A stretch of DNA of 64,000 nt. Source: a virus. Below the pieces are notes generated by a model. The model was not told the DNA's origin. It saw nothing but the letters and a program-made list of their open reading frames with translations, and ran no database searches. The stretch covers positions 32,001-96,000 of IMG/VR virus record IMGVR_UViG_3300011339_000793, one strand, 5' to 3'. The position numbers and the translations under genes were made by a program. This document shows positions 27,210 through 36,851 of this stretch, piece after piece; position 1 is the stretch's first letter, and each line of letters starts with the position of its first letter.

Positions 27210-30200
27210 TTATCTCCAGTCCTGAGCGTCTTTTGCCAAAAGTTCTTCTAGTCTCTTGACTAAAATATCTATTTCTGGTGCAGCACCGACAGGATACTCT
27301 CTACGAAGTGCTTGTAGTGCTTGTTGACCACCGCGTTGTATCATTTCATAAAATGCTTCTGGACCCACTTCGTTCTTCAACAATCCTGGAAGAGGGTTGC
27401 GTCCTTTATTTTTCATAATAAAGTCGTATGCAGATGCAGCATTTGCAGGGTTATCCCAAACCTTGCCAAGACCTTGGTCAAAGATTAGGGCCAATACTTT
27501 TCCTTCATCTCCAACTTCTACATTTTTGTTGTCATCTCTAGCACCCTGCCAGTTATTCATATGCCTATCGTCATTATGAATAAGAGCATCAACCATTACC
27601 ATTCCTAATATTTGATGAACTTGTCCCTTTTCTAGGAAAGGAGATGCGCCACCATAAAGTTCGTGTGCTTGTTTAGGTGCTTTAGCCAAAGCAAGATTTG
27701 TTCCTGCTTCGCCTGTAATAACTACACGATTGTTTGAGTTATGTCTGATTGCTGGATACGCTCCAAGAACACCAAAAGCCCGTAGGAACGCTGCTCCTGC
27801 CATTTCAGAATCAACCTGCTCTTTTCCTTCATCTTGTTTATAGAAAAATACTTGACCAGACTCTTCGTCAACTATCTTGTATATCTGATTATCGCCTCTA
27901 CGTCCTCCGCCAGAGTCGCCAATTCTCATAACAATCCACTTTTTACCAGCAAAATCTAAGGACCCAGTTATTCCTTTTCTAGGAGCAACTTTTTCTAATT
28001 GTTTTATATCTAAATCAGCAAGAAGTCCACCTATGCCTATTTCTTTTTCGTTTGGTTCATATGCCAAACGTTCTTCCATAAGTTTGAAGTTCAGGTCAAT
28101 AAGATTTTTTATTTCTCGGGCTTCGTCTGAAGATTTCTGTCCCTTAATTTTTTCTCCAATTGCTGCAGCCAATAGAACTCTTGCTCTAGGGCTTAGTGCT
28201 GCTAATGGCTTAGGTTGTCCGTCACTAAAGAATGCACGAATCTCTTCTTTCTCTGCATCTCCTCTAACACCTTTTCTTTCGAGTGCAGCCCAGAAATTTG
28301 CATCCTTTACAATTACATTTTGCCAGAAAGGAGATAACTCCGCTGGGTTTTCGTTATTGTTTTTTCTTCCTTCTGCTACCTGAATAGGGTCTAAGTCTTT
28401 TGGACCTTTCCAATCCTTGACTGGCATAGCAGGTCTAGGAATTGCTGGAATACCGTCTACTTCAGACTTAATTTTTTCTAAATCATTAACGATGTCGTTA
28501 TACTTGCCTCCTGCCCTATTTGACAGTCTTCTTATTGCTCTATCAATTTGACGCTCGAAGAGGTCTTTGTCGTTATCTTTGAGTGCTTTATAAGCAGCAT
28601 TTACTGCGCGAATTCCATCTGCTTCAGTGCCCCAAACATCTTTAATTTTTGGAAGTTGTTTTTTAACAAATCCAAGTTCCTGTGCTGCCTTTACAAAATT
28701 AGGCGCTCCCGCAGGAGTTGGTGTTGGGGTTGGAGTAGGTGCAGTAGGTTTAGGAACAACAGTTCTTCCTGACCCTCCGCTTGGCACAGGGTTTTCTTTA
28801 CTTGGAACTCTGTAGATGCCATCAATCTGAGCATCTGCTTTCCAAGGCTTGTAAGTGTATTGTGCGCCACCTCTGTATTGAACCTTAACTTGAACTCTAT
28901 TTCCTATAGGTGTGAGTTCTATAATTCTTCCAATGTTTCCATTGCGTGTTATAACGAAGTCGCCAATTTTTAGGTCTTTAACCTTTACAGAGACTTTTAC
29001 TCCATTGTCTCTTACATATTGACCGCCCTCTTTCATAAACTTATCTTCTACTTCTTTTTCAGAAGGAAGAGCAACGTTATCTAGGTTAGGAATAGCACCA
29101 TCATTCATAGCCTCATCGCCAGCGGCGGCCTGTTGAATATAGTCCCCAGCACGAGCAAGTTCTACACGAGCGTTTTGTTCATTTTTATCTCTAACAACTA
29201 TTTGAATATTGCCGTTTTGTTTATTAATAACAGCGCCTTCATATACACCATTAATTTTTATCAAACTAAGTTCGAACTGTCCACCATTCAAATCTTTTAC
29301 GGTCTTTTTAACAATATCTTCTGGCATACCGATAGGGCCAGCATCAATTGGTTTTGGTAGAGGTTTTTGGTCATAGCCGTTAAGCCACGCCATCATTATG
29401 TCTAGACGGTCTTTATCGGTCCCAGGCATATTAAATATGTCCATGTCATTTGCCGGGTCCCTACCTTCTCCTCTTTCAAAAGCCTTACGACCCATCTCTC
29501 GGGCGTTTTCTTTCTTTTCTTCTAAATTTTTACCTTGAACTTTGTCAGGCAAACGAACCCCTGGGTTTTCAATTGCTTTTTGAATCTCACGGTCAAGTAA
29601 ATCTTTGTCACTATCTTTAAGTGCTTCAGGGGCTTTAGCAGCAGGAGCAGGTGCTTCAGGGCTAGTCCAGTTATCTACTCCAGCACCTCTACGATTTGGC
29701 TTTGCTGCGCCACCCTTCCATTTCCTACCGTCTTCTAGGTTGGCAAGAACATCATCAGGATTATCGTTGATAAGAATTAAGTTATCAGCAACGACCATTC
29801 GTCCACCTTGATTGATTTGACCAAAGACATCTTCGTTTTCCCATTGGACAAACACATTGTCAAGATGAACTTTTCCAGCACGCGGAGCACCGCCAACTTT
29901 CTTTCCTTCATTTACTTGGTCACCAACACGACGCTTAACAATTCCTCGTCCGAACTTTCCTGCTCTCTTAGGGTCACGGAAAATAACAACATCGCCAACC
30001 AGCACTGGTTCGCCATTTGCATCTTTGAATAGACCTCTATCTTTGTTTTTAGCAGCCTGTACACGACCTTCACGAACTACTACTCTCTCGAGAGGGTCTT
30101 GACGGCGAATGTCAGGTCGCTTTGCTCTTCCACGAGGCTTTCCTACTGGGAACTTCTCGACAGGTCCATCTCCTTCGATACGGCGGACAAACTCTAAAGG

Positions 30201-33200
30201 AGAATCTGCTTTGAATGGGCGAGGTTGTTCTTTGCCAGCGATTGGGTTGTAGACCCAGAAAACAAGACGGTCCATTCCCCACTCTTTACCGCGTTCAATA
30301 CGAATAACTTTTTCATAATGCCCGAGTTGACGATGCTTAAAGAAGTCTCCAGGTCTTACATCTTCAGCCTTGATTCCAGCCATGTCTACAGCAACGGCTT
30401 CAATCTCTTTTACGTTACGAAGAACTTCTGCTTGCTCTTCTTCGTTGAGTTGAGAGAATCTAACTTTCTCGTCTTGAGGGACTTCTTTCTTTGGTTTAGA
30501 AGATTTTGGTTTCTCTTCTTCAGCCTCAGGTGATGGCTCCGGATTTTGAATAGCATCAGAGGCACGAGCAACAAAGTCGCGTCCTTCTTTTTCTGCTTTT
30601 CTCTTTGTTGGGTGCTCGGAGTGGTGCTCGGCGAGATTGTCTCCATCAGAGTTTTGTAGAACAGCATCTACTTCATAGTTAGGAGCATCTTGTCCAGTTT
30701 CACGAATAGATATTTGACCGTTGAGGTCTGCTGGTAGGTTCTCTACTTCAATAGTTTCTGGAGCATCATATGCATCAGCAGGAACATCTCCACGAGAAAT
30801 AGGAACATCTTTTGCACGAGCCTCTTCTGGCTCTACATTTTCATCACGCTCTTGGTCTCTTAGACCGTCAGCAAACTCCTTGATGAGAGCGTCTGCTTCT
30901 GCTTCTGCTCCAGCAAAGGTTCTAAACTGTCCATCTACCTTGTAAATACTATTTCCTTCAGCATCAAAGAGTTCGGCTTCCATAAAGATTCCGCCATCTT
31001 TTTCTCCGAGTTTTACAACAGCAGATTTATCTCCAATTTCATAAACTTTTCTAAACTGCTTTCCAGCAATTGCTTCAGGAGTTTGTTCTGCCTCAGGTGC
31101 TGACTTTTTGTTTGAAACAAACTCATTTTGTGGATTGCCCTCTGGAATATCTAAATCAGCAGGGTTGATTGGACGACGAACTCCATCAAGTCTTGTTCCG
31201 TGCCAGTGCTCATAAGTATTCATTTCGCCAGTTTCAATATCGCGGCGCCAAATCTTTACTCGTCCTGGTTCTAAACCAAACTCTTCTCCAGCACGAACAG
31301 CAGTTACTTGCCAAATAATGTTTCCATCTTTAGAAGCCATAAAGTCTCCAGGAAGAATATTTCTCATTCTGGCATCTTCACGGTCAAGTAGAACAGCATT
31401 CTTATCATCAAGAACCCATTCACGAGGCATCATTCGCATTTCGCCTCTTGGATAAACAGCATTAGGTGTGAAATCTAGAATTACAACACCATCATCACGC
31501 TTTTCAATTCCATCTAGAGGAGCATCTACAGGACCCATATTGAGACCCTCAGGGTCTAGCGTAGGAGAGTTCTTTGCATCTACGATAACTTCATCGAGTT
31601 TAACTTCCTTACCGTCTAGAGCATCTCTAATTGCTTTAGCAGCGGCAAAGTCAGCAGCACCAGCATCGTCCTTAACTTTTCCTGCTTCGTAATCTCCTAA
31701 TGCCTTTTCGTATTCTTCAATTCTCTTATCAACATCGAATAGGTCTTTGCCACCATCTAGTTCAATTCCCTTATCAATGAGTTTTTCAAATATTCCTGCT
31801 AATGCTTCCGCGTCAGCATCTGCTGCGTGCCAGTTATCTAGTTCTACTCCAAGAAATTCTGCATACTGTCCTAGACGATTTCCTTCTGGTTTTTCAGGTG
31901 CATTTTTGAAAATATCTTGTCCCATTGCTTTTGTATCTAGCAATCCATCAGGTTGATATTCTAAACCGTGCTTATCTGCCATGCGACGAGCAACTTCATC
32001 ATCAAACTGAACATAGTGAGCAGCAAGTAGTGGTCTACCTTCAGATTCCAAACCAGCCCACTCAAAGAACCTTGCCATAGCCTCTGCTTGGTTTGGTTGC
32101 TTTGCTAAAAATTCATCTGATAAAGGATTTCCGTCAGCATCTACAGCATTTGGTTTTCCATCTTTATCAACTTCGCCAGCCCAAACATCTTTAACAGAAC
32201 GACCAGGGTTCATATAGATATTAAAACGGTCAACAATCTTTCCATCACGAACTTTTACGCCAGCAACTTGCCACGGTTCATTGCCATCTTTGTCTTTGAT
32301 TCCAGTTGTTTCAAAATCAAAGAAAACAATTGTTTTATCTTTAATAAGTTCTCTAAACTTATTCCAATCTCCGCCTGCTTCACGAGCAATAGCAGCCCAC
32401 TCGCCTTGGAACGCTGGCATATTAGGGACTCTCTTGCGAGATGGCTTTCTAACAGCAACAGCGTTTGGAATGTTTTGGTCTGCTTCTGGTGCCTGCTCTT
32501 TGTTATCTACTACAGGAAGATTTTCTGGAGCATTCCAACGAGCACCTGCTTCTTCAAGAAGTTTTTGGTGCTCAGCGTTCTTTGCTTCATCTTTATCTGG
32601 AATCCATTTACCATTTACAACTTTGTTTGGTCTATGTAGTTCGCCCTCGCCCTTAGCAGGTGCTTCTACATTACGAATGACATCAATCTGAGTGTCAACT
32701 CTCCACTCTTTACGTTGTGTGCCATACCCTGGGTAATAACCTTCAACGCTTACAAAGTTAGGCTTTGTCTTGTCGTCAACAAAAACTCTTTCAATAACAA
32801 AGTGGCCCTTCTTAGGGTCAGTAGTTACATCACCAGGCTTCAAATCAGCAGCACGAACAATTGCGCGATGTGGTTGGTTAGATGGCTCTGTTGGGTCTGG
32901 GAATCTCTTCTTTGCCTCTGCTGCTTGAACGTTGTAATCTGCAAAGGCTGCATCGTATTGAGCCTGTGCTTCTGGGTCTCTAAACTTCCATTGATTGTCT
33001 GCTTTATCCTTGTATATCTTTCCAAAGTCTTTCATTTTTGGCTTAGACAAAACTGGAAGGTCGCCTTGTTCTGGCAACGGTTGAACTCCACGAATTACTT
33101 CGATTTCAGTATCTTCAATCCACTGCTTAGTGTTTTGAATAACGTGTCCAGGGTAATAACCCTCAATCTCTATACGATTTGTTCCCTCAACCTTGTTACC

Positions 33201-36200
33201 GATTTTTGTAATAACAAAATGGTCACCAGTTGTGATATCTCCAGGCTGTAAATCTTTAACCTTAGAACGAATTCTAAATGGAGGAGGTGGACCATCTCCA
33301 CCTGCTGCTGATGGAGCAACGTTTGCTGGTTTTGGATACTCCTCAAAGCCTTCTGGAATTTCTTCTAAAGAATCTGCTTCAAAGTCTTTTGGAACCTGAG
33401 CAGATACAGTTTTCTTCTTTGCTAATGCGGGCGTTCCCCTTAATTTAGCAATTTCTTCGTCAATCTGTTCAATTCTTATGCGTGCTTTAGTTTGCATATC
33501 AGCACTTGGAGCGCCACGCTCTTGGCTAACAAACTTCTCACGTTCTACTTCTAATTCTTTTATTTTGTCTTCATTTGCAGATGGTGCTGCTTGCTCAGGG
33601 GTATCTTGAACAATACTCTCTAAGTCTTCATCAAGAATGCCCTTTACTAATGCTTCATAGTTTTTCTTTGTTTCTTCATCGCGCCACTCTAAATTATTAT
33701 CAGCATCTATTGTCGCAATTGGTAAATCACCAGCAACAGCGTTATCGTCGTAGATATCAATAACTCCGTCTTGTGCAGGGAGTCTGTCATCTCCTCCATC
33801 ACGCTTAGCAAAAAGAATTCCTTCGTTTAGCCAATCTAATTCCTTAATGCCATCACGCAAAGCGTCCATTTGTTCTGGAGTTATGTCTAGAGATGCTTTT
33901 TCTTTATTTGGGTCTGGTAAATCACCAGCGTGGTCAGCAAGGCGCTTCATCTTGCCAAACTCTGACCAGCGTGCTTTCTGCTGAGCGCTAGGTAGGTCAA
34001 CAGCCCAAGAAGTTTCAAAATCGTCAAGAGCGTTTTTGTATCCATCGGTGTGGTTTTCTGGATTAGCAAAGAAATCAGCAATCTCTTGCTCGCTCATTGA
34101 ATCAAAAGCGTTTACCTGCTCATCTGAGAAACCATAGGCTTTAGCCCAGTCTTTGATTTTCTTACGAGACTCTTTTGCATAGTCTTCTTTACGAGACTCG
34201 AAGTCTGCTTCTAACTCTTTCCAATTCTTATAAGTTTTTGGTTCTAAAATATTGTTATTGTCTTTTAGAACTATATTTCCATCTTTATCAACTTGCGCTT
34301 CAAAATTATTACGTCCATAGACGTTTGAATAGTTCTCTGGAACATCTTTTCCAAATGCTCTCTTTGCTTTTTCTTGAATGCCCCAACCTTCAGGAATTCT
34401 TCTACCCTTTTCGTCAACTCTAGCCTCGGCATCTTTAGCAAGTTTTGCTTTACGCTCTGCTACTGCTTCTTTTTCTGCTTGCTGTTCTGCCATAAGACGC
34501 TCGTAAGCATTCATAGGCTTTTTCTCGACAGGAAGGTCTAAAGGAAGTTCTGCTTGTATTTCATCTGCTGGTGCATCTGCTGGAGACTCTTCTTCAGGAA
34601 TTCTTGCTTTTTCTGTTCCCTTTTTAACTTTTCTAGAACGAGAAGCACGAGATACTTCAGGTATCTCTGGTGTTGGAGGAAGTTTTCCTTCAGATTCTTC
34701 AATCCTTGCTAAGGCATCTGCTGCATCTTCATCATTTAGTTCAACTAGGTTTCCTGCTTCAGCATATATCTTTGTAGTAGCAACGTTTGTATCAACACCT
34801 TGAAGTTGTAGAGCATCACGAATTGCTTCGCCTGGAACATTTGCTACAAACTCTTCGCCATCATCAGTTGTTAGTTTGATTGCGCCATATCCAGGTGCTT
34901 CACCTCCTGGTTCTAATGCACGACGGAATTCTTTGAGAAGTTCTTCCTGAGAAACATTCTGCGCCAAGAAAACAGGGTTATCGCTAAAACCTACTGGAAG
35001 ATTTGGGTCTCCATCGTCTTCAGTTATCTCGCGCCAGTTTTGGAAAGGTGAAGGGTCTAATTTGTTATAGCCTTCGGGGATTTGGTCGTTAGCAATGTCC
35101 CAGTTTTTAGGAAGATGAGGTGTATGGTCTCTGCTTTCCATAAAGCGAGCCAACTCGTTCTCTGTAAGACCTTTTAGCACTGCAGGAAGAGGAGTTGTGT
35201 CTACTTTTTCTTCTTCAAACTTTGGTTCTTCAGCAGCAGGAGCAACATCTGGGCTTCCCTCTTTAGTTACACGTTCAAAAGACTCTGCAACATCTGGTTG
35301 CTCTCCAGTAACTACCTCTGGACCTTTACGAGCATCTAGAAGTGCCTTTTCGTTATCGTTAGAGCCAAGACCTTTGTCGTAAATCTTTGCTAACTCTAAA
35401 TCAGCATCTTCTCCTGCTTCATCAAGTGCTTTGTAGAGTGCTTCTGCTGGAACAAACTCTTCACCGCGATTAAAATTCAATACTCCATAACCAAAAGCAT
35501 TCTCGTTATCGTCCTGAGGAAGAACTGCTTGCTCTAAAGCCTGAACTAAATCTCTTTCATCAAACATCTGCGCTATTTCAACAGGGTCATCTGTAAAGTT
35601 AGGGCTATCTTCATCTTGACGGCCTTGAACGTCGTAGTCGGCGCCCTGAGCAATCTTGTAAGCACCTTCTGGGTAGTTGAAAGCAAACTTAGATTCTTTT
35701 TCTTTAGGTAGTTGTGCCTTTGGCTTTGCTAATTCTTCTTCTTTACCTCTAAGAGCATCTTGAAGGTCTGCCCAGTTGTCAAAACCATCAATCCTGTCTC
35801 CTTCTGCTGTTTCTAAAATAAGTTTTCTCTTCTTAGTTTCACTATTTGAAACTACAAAAACATTGAAGGCTCCGTCTGCATATTTTTGAACAGATTCGCC
35901 ACCTGAGAAATCATTTTCTAATTTATTCATATCACTTTCAGATGGTTCTACCTTCTCCCAGCCTTCAGGAGAGTTTGTATATTGAATATCTGATTCATTG
36001 ATAACGTCACCTAGTTCAGAAGTAGGGACATCAATAGGCGCTGGGCTGTAGCCATCTGGTGTTGGCAGAACTGCCTTAATAAACTCGCCCTTAGAGCCAG
36101 GAACTTGTGCGATACGACCATCTGGAAGTTCAATCTGAACTAAATCACCTAAACCATCAGCAACTGTTCTTCCAACAAGACTAAATACTTGACTTCCTCG

Positions 36201-36851
36201 TCTAACTAAAGCACGAAGTCCTCCACCTTGGAAAGCAAACTTTCCTTCTCGGTCACGACGCTGTAGTTGAGCACGAGCAGAACGAGCAGCAGATGAGTTT
36301 CCATCACCAAAGGCTGCTAGCAATGCTTCTGTTGGAATCATTCCTTGAGGCAGTGCTGATAGAACTGAAGTGTAATAAGTGTGTTCTACAGAACCTACTT
36401 CTGAGGAGAAGGCAGAAGAAAGAATAGTTTTAGCACGTTCATCTGTAATTCTTGGGTCATCAGCAAACCAACGAGACCTAGCATTTCTTGCTGCAGATGC
36501 TGTTAGTGAGTGCTCCCTAGTTGAGCGAGGATGCGAAGTTGGTAAAAGGTCTGTGTTGCTAAGTGTAAGAGAACTATTTTTATTACTTTGAGCAAGAGTG
36601 ATGTAAGAAGAGAGTTCCTTTAGAGCCATATGCTCTCTAAGAGAGAAAGGTAGGTTCTTTGTTTTTTGTAAAGAACGTAATACAACTGTAAAAGCAGAAC
36701 GCTTAGTTACTCTACGAGATACAGAAGTGTTTTGATTTACTTCTTCAAGGATATCTACAACAGCGTCACGCAAACGCAAAGCCTGCTTTGTGGAGTTGGC
36801 ACGACGGCCTTGCTCAGCGATAGCGAAACTCAAACGACGAACTCTACTCAT
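27210..36851 (-). CDS. Giant multidomain virion-associated protein: DEDDh 3'-5' exonuclease plus HipA/PI3-4K-like kinase plus SH3/KOW-like repeats
   Basis: 3213 aa between portal and protease. ExoI FFDFETTG, ExoII AHYVQFD, ExoIII WHAADAD (31770-32340); kinase motifs FFYK, DALIHNDDRHMNN, IFDQG (27210-27900). Confidence 0.8.
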   Translation of the reverse strand: MSRVRRLSFAIAEQGRRANSTKQALRLRDAVVDILEEVNQNTSVSRRVTKRSAFTVVLRSLQKTKNLPFSLREHMALKELSSYITLAQSNKNSSLTLSNTDLLPTSHPRSTREHSLTASAARNARSRWFADDPRITDERAKTILSSAFSSEVGSVEHTYYTSVLSALPQGMIPTEALLAAFGDGNSSAARSARAQLQRRDREGKFAFQGGGLRALVRRGSQVFSLVGRTVADGLGDLVQIELPDGRIAQVPGSKGEFIKAVLPTPDGYSPAPIDVPTSELGDVINESDIQYTNSPEGWEKVEPSESDMNKLENDFSGGESVQKYADGAFNVFVVSNSETKKRKLILETAEGDRIDGFDNWADLQDALRGKEEELAKPKAQLPKEKESKFAFNYPEGAYKIAQGADYDVQGRQDEDSPNFTDDPVEIAQMFDERDLVQALEQAVLPQDDNENAFGYGVLNFNRGEEFVPAEALYKALDEAGEDADLELAKIYDKGLGSNDNEKALLDARKGPEVVTGEQPDVAESFERVTKEGSPDVAPAAEEPKFEEEKVDTTPLPAVLKGLTENELARFMESRDHTPHLPKNWDIANDQIPEGYNKLDPSPFQNWREITEDDGDPNLPVGFSDNPVFLAQNVSQEELLKEFRRALEPGGEAPGYGAIKLTTDDGEEFVANVPGEAIRDALQLQGVDTNVATTKIYAEAGNLVELNDEDAADALARIEESEGKLPPTPEIPEVSRASRSRKVKKGTEKARIPEEESPADAPADEIQAELPLDLPVEKKPMNAYERLMAEQQAEKEAVAERKAKLAKDAEARVDEKGRRIPEGWGIQEKAKRAFGKDVPENYSNVYGRNNFEAQVDKDGNIVLKDNNNILEPKTYKNWKELEADFESRKEDYAKESRKKIKDWAKAYGFSDEQVNAFDSMSEQEIADFFANPENHTDGYKNALDDFETSWAVDLPSAQQKARWSEFGKMKRLADHAGDLPDPNKEKASLDITPEQMDALRDGIKELDWLNEGILFAKRDGGDDRLPAQDGVIDIYDDNAVAGDLPIATIDADNNLEWRDEETKKNYEALVKGILDEDLESIVQDTPEQAAPSANEDKIKELEVEREKFVSQERGAPSADMQTKARIRIEQIDEEIAKLRGTPALAKKKTVSAQVPKDFEADSLEEIPEGFEEYPKPANVAPSAAGGDGPPPPFRIRSKVKDLQPGDITTGDHFVITKIGNKVEGTNRIEIEGYYPGHVIQNTKQWIEDTEIEVIRGVQPLPEQGDLPVLSKPKMKDFGKIYKDKADNQWKFRDPEAQAQYDAAFADYNVQAAEAKKRFPDPTEPSNQPHRAIVRAADLKPGDVTTDPKKGHFVIERVFVDDKTKPNFVSVEGYYPGYGTQRKEWRVDTQIDVIRNVEAPAKGEGELHRPNKVVNGKWIPDKDEAKNAEHQKLLEEAGARWNAPENLPVVDNKEQAPEADQNIPNAVAVRKPSRKRVPNMPAFQGEWAAIAREAGGDWNKFRELIKDKTIVFFDFETTGIKDKDGNEPWQVAGVKVRDGKIVDRFNIYMNPGRSVKDVWAGEVDKDGKPNAVDADGNPLSDEFLAKQPNQAEAMARFFEWAGLESEGRPLLAAHYVQFDDEVARRMADKHGLEYQPDGLLDTKAMGQDIFKNAPEKPEGNRLGQYAEFLGVELDNWHAADADAEALAGIFEKLIDKGIELDGGKDLFDVDKRIEEYEKALGDYEAGKVKDDAGAADFAAAKAIRDALDGKEVKLDEVIVDAKNSPTLDPEGLNMGPVDAPLDGIEKRDDGVVILDFTPNAVYPRGEMRMMPREWVLDDKNAVLLDREDARMRNILPGDFMASKDGNIIWQVTAVRAGEEFGLEPGRVKIWRRDIETGEMNTYEHWHGTRLDGVRRPINPADLDIPEGNPQNEFVSNKKSAPEAEQTPEAIAGKQFRKVYEIGDKSAVVKLGEKDGGIFMEAELFDAEGNSIYKVDGQFRTFAGAEAEADALIKEFADGLRDQERDENVEPEEARAKDVPISRGDVPADAYDAPETIEVENLPADLNGQISIRETGQDAPNYEVDAVLQNSDGDNLAEHHSEHPTKRKAEKEGRDFVARASDAIQNPEPSPEAEEEKPKSSKPKKEVPQDEKVRFSQLNEEEQAEVLRNVKEIEAVAVDMAGIKAEDVRPGDFFKHRQLGHYEKVIRIERGKEWGMDRLVFWVYNPIAGKEQPRPFKADSPLEFVRRIEGDGPVEKFPVGKPRGRAKRPDIRRQDPLERVVVREGRVQAAKNKDRGLFKDANGEPVLVGDVVIFRDPKRAGKFGRGIVKRRVGDQVNEGKKVGGAPRAGKVHLDNVFVQWENEDVFGQINQGGRMVVADNLILINDNPDDVLANLEDGRKWKGGAAKPNRRGAGVDNWTSPEAPAPAAKAPEALKDSDKDLLDREIQKAIENPGVRLPDKVQGKNLEEKKENAREMGRKAFERGEGRDPANDMDIFNMPGTDKDRLDIMMAWLNGYDQKPLPKPIDAGPIGMPEDIVKKTVKDLNGGQFELSLIKINGVYEGAVINKQNGNIQIVVRDKNEQNARVELARAGDYIQQAAAGDEAMNDGAIPNLDNVALPSEKEVEDKFMKEGGQYVRDNGVKVSVKVKDLKIGDFVITRNGNIGRIIELTPIGNRVQVKVQYRGGAQYTYKPWKADAQIDGIYRVPSKENPVPSGGSGRTVVPKPTAPTPTPTPTPAGAPNFVKAAQELGFVKKQLPKIKDVWGTEADGIRAVNAAYKALKDNDKDLFERQIDRAIRRLSNRAGGKYNDIVNDLEKIKSEVDGIPAIPRPAMPVKDWKGPKDLDPIQVAEGRKNNNENPAELSPFWQNVIVKDANFWAALERKGVRGDAEKEEIRAFFSDGQPKPLAALSPRARVLLAAAIGEKIKGQKSSDEAREIKNLIDLNFKLMEERLAYEPNEKEIGIGGLLADLDIKQLEKVAPRKGITGSLDFAGKKWIVMRIGDSGGGRRGDNQIYKIVDEESGQVFFYKQDEGKEQVDSEMAGAAFLRAFGVLGAYPAIRHNSNNRVVITGEAGTNLALAKAPKQAHELYGGASPFLEKGQVHQILGMVMVDALIHNDDRHMNNWQGARDDNKNVEVGDEGKVLALIFDQGLGKVWDNPANAASAYDFIMKNKGRNPLPGLLKNEVGPEAFYEMIQRGGQQALQALRREYPVGAAPEIDILVKRLEELLAKDAQDWR

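Noticed and set aside
28800-33280. Inteins/Hint domains in the giant (xxDLxPGD motifs)
   Set aside because: No N-terminal Cys/Ser block, no HN-[CST] end and no homing endonuclease; units are short and SH3/KOW-like.
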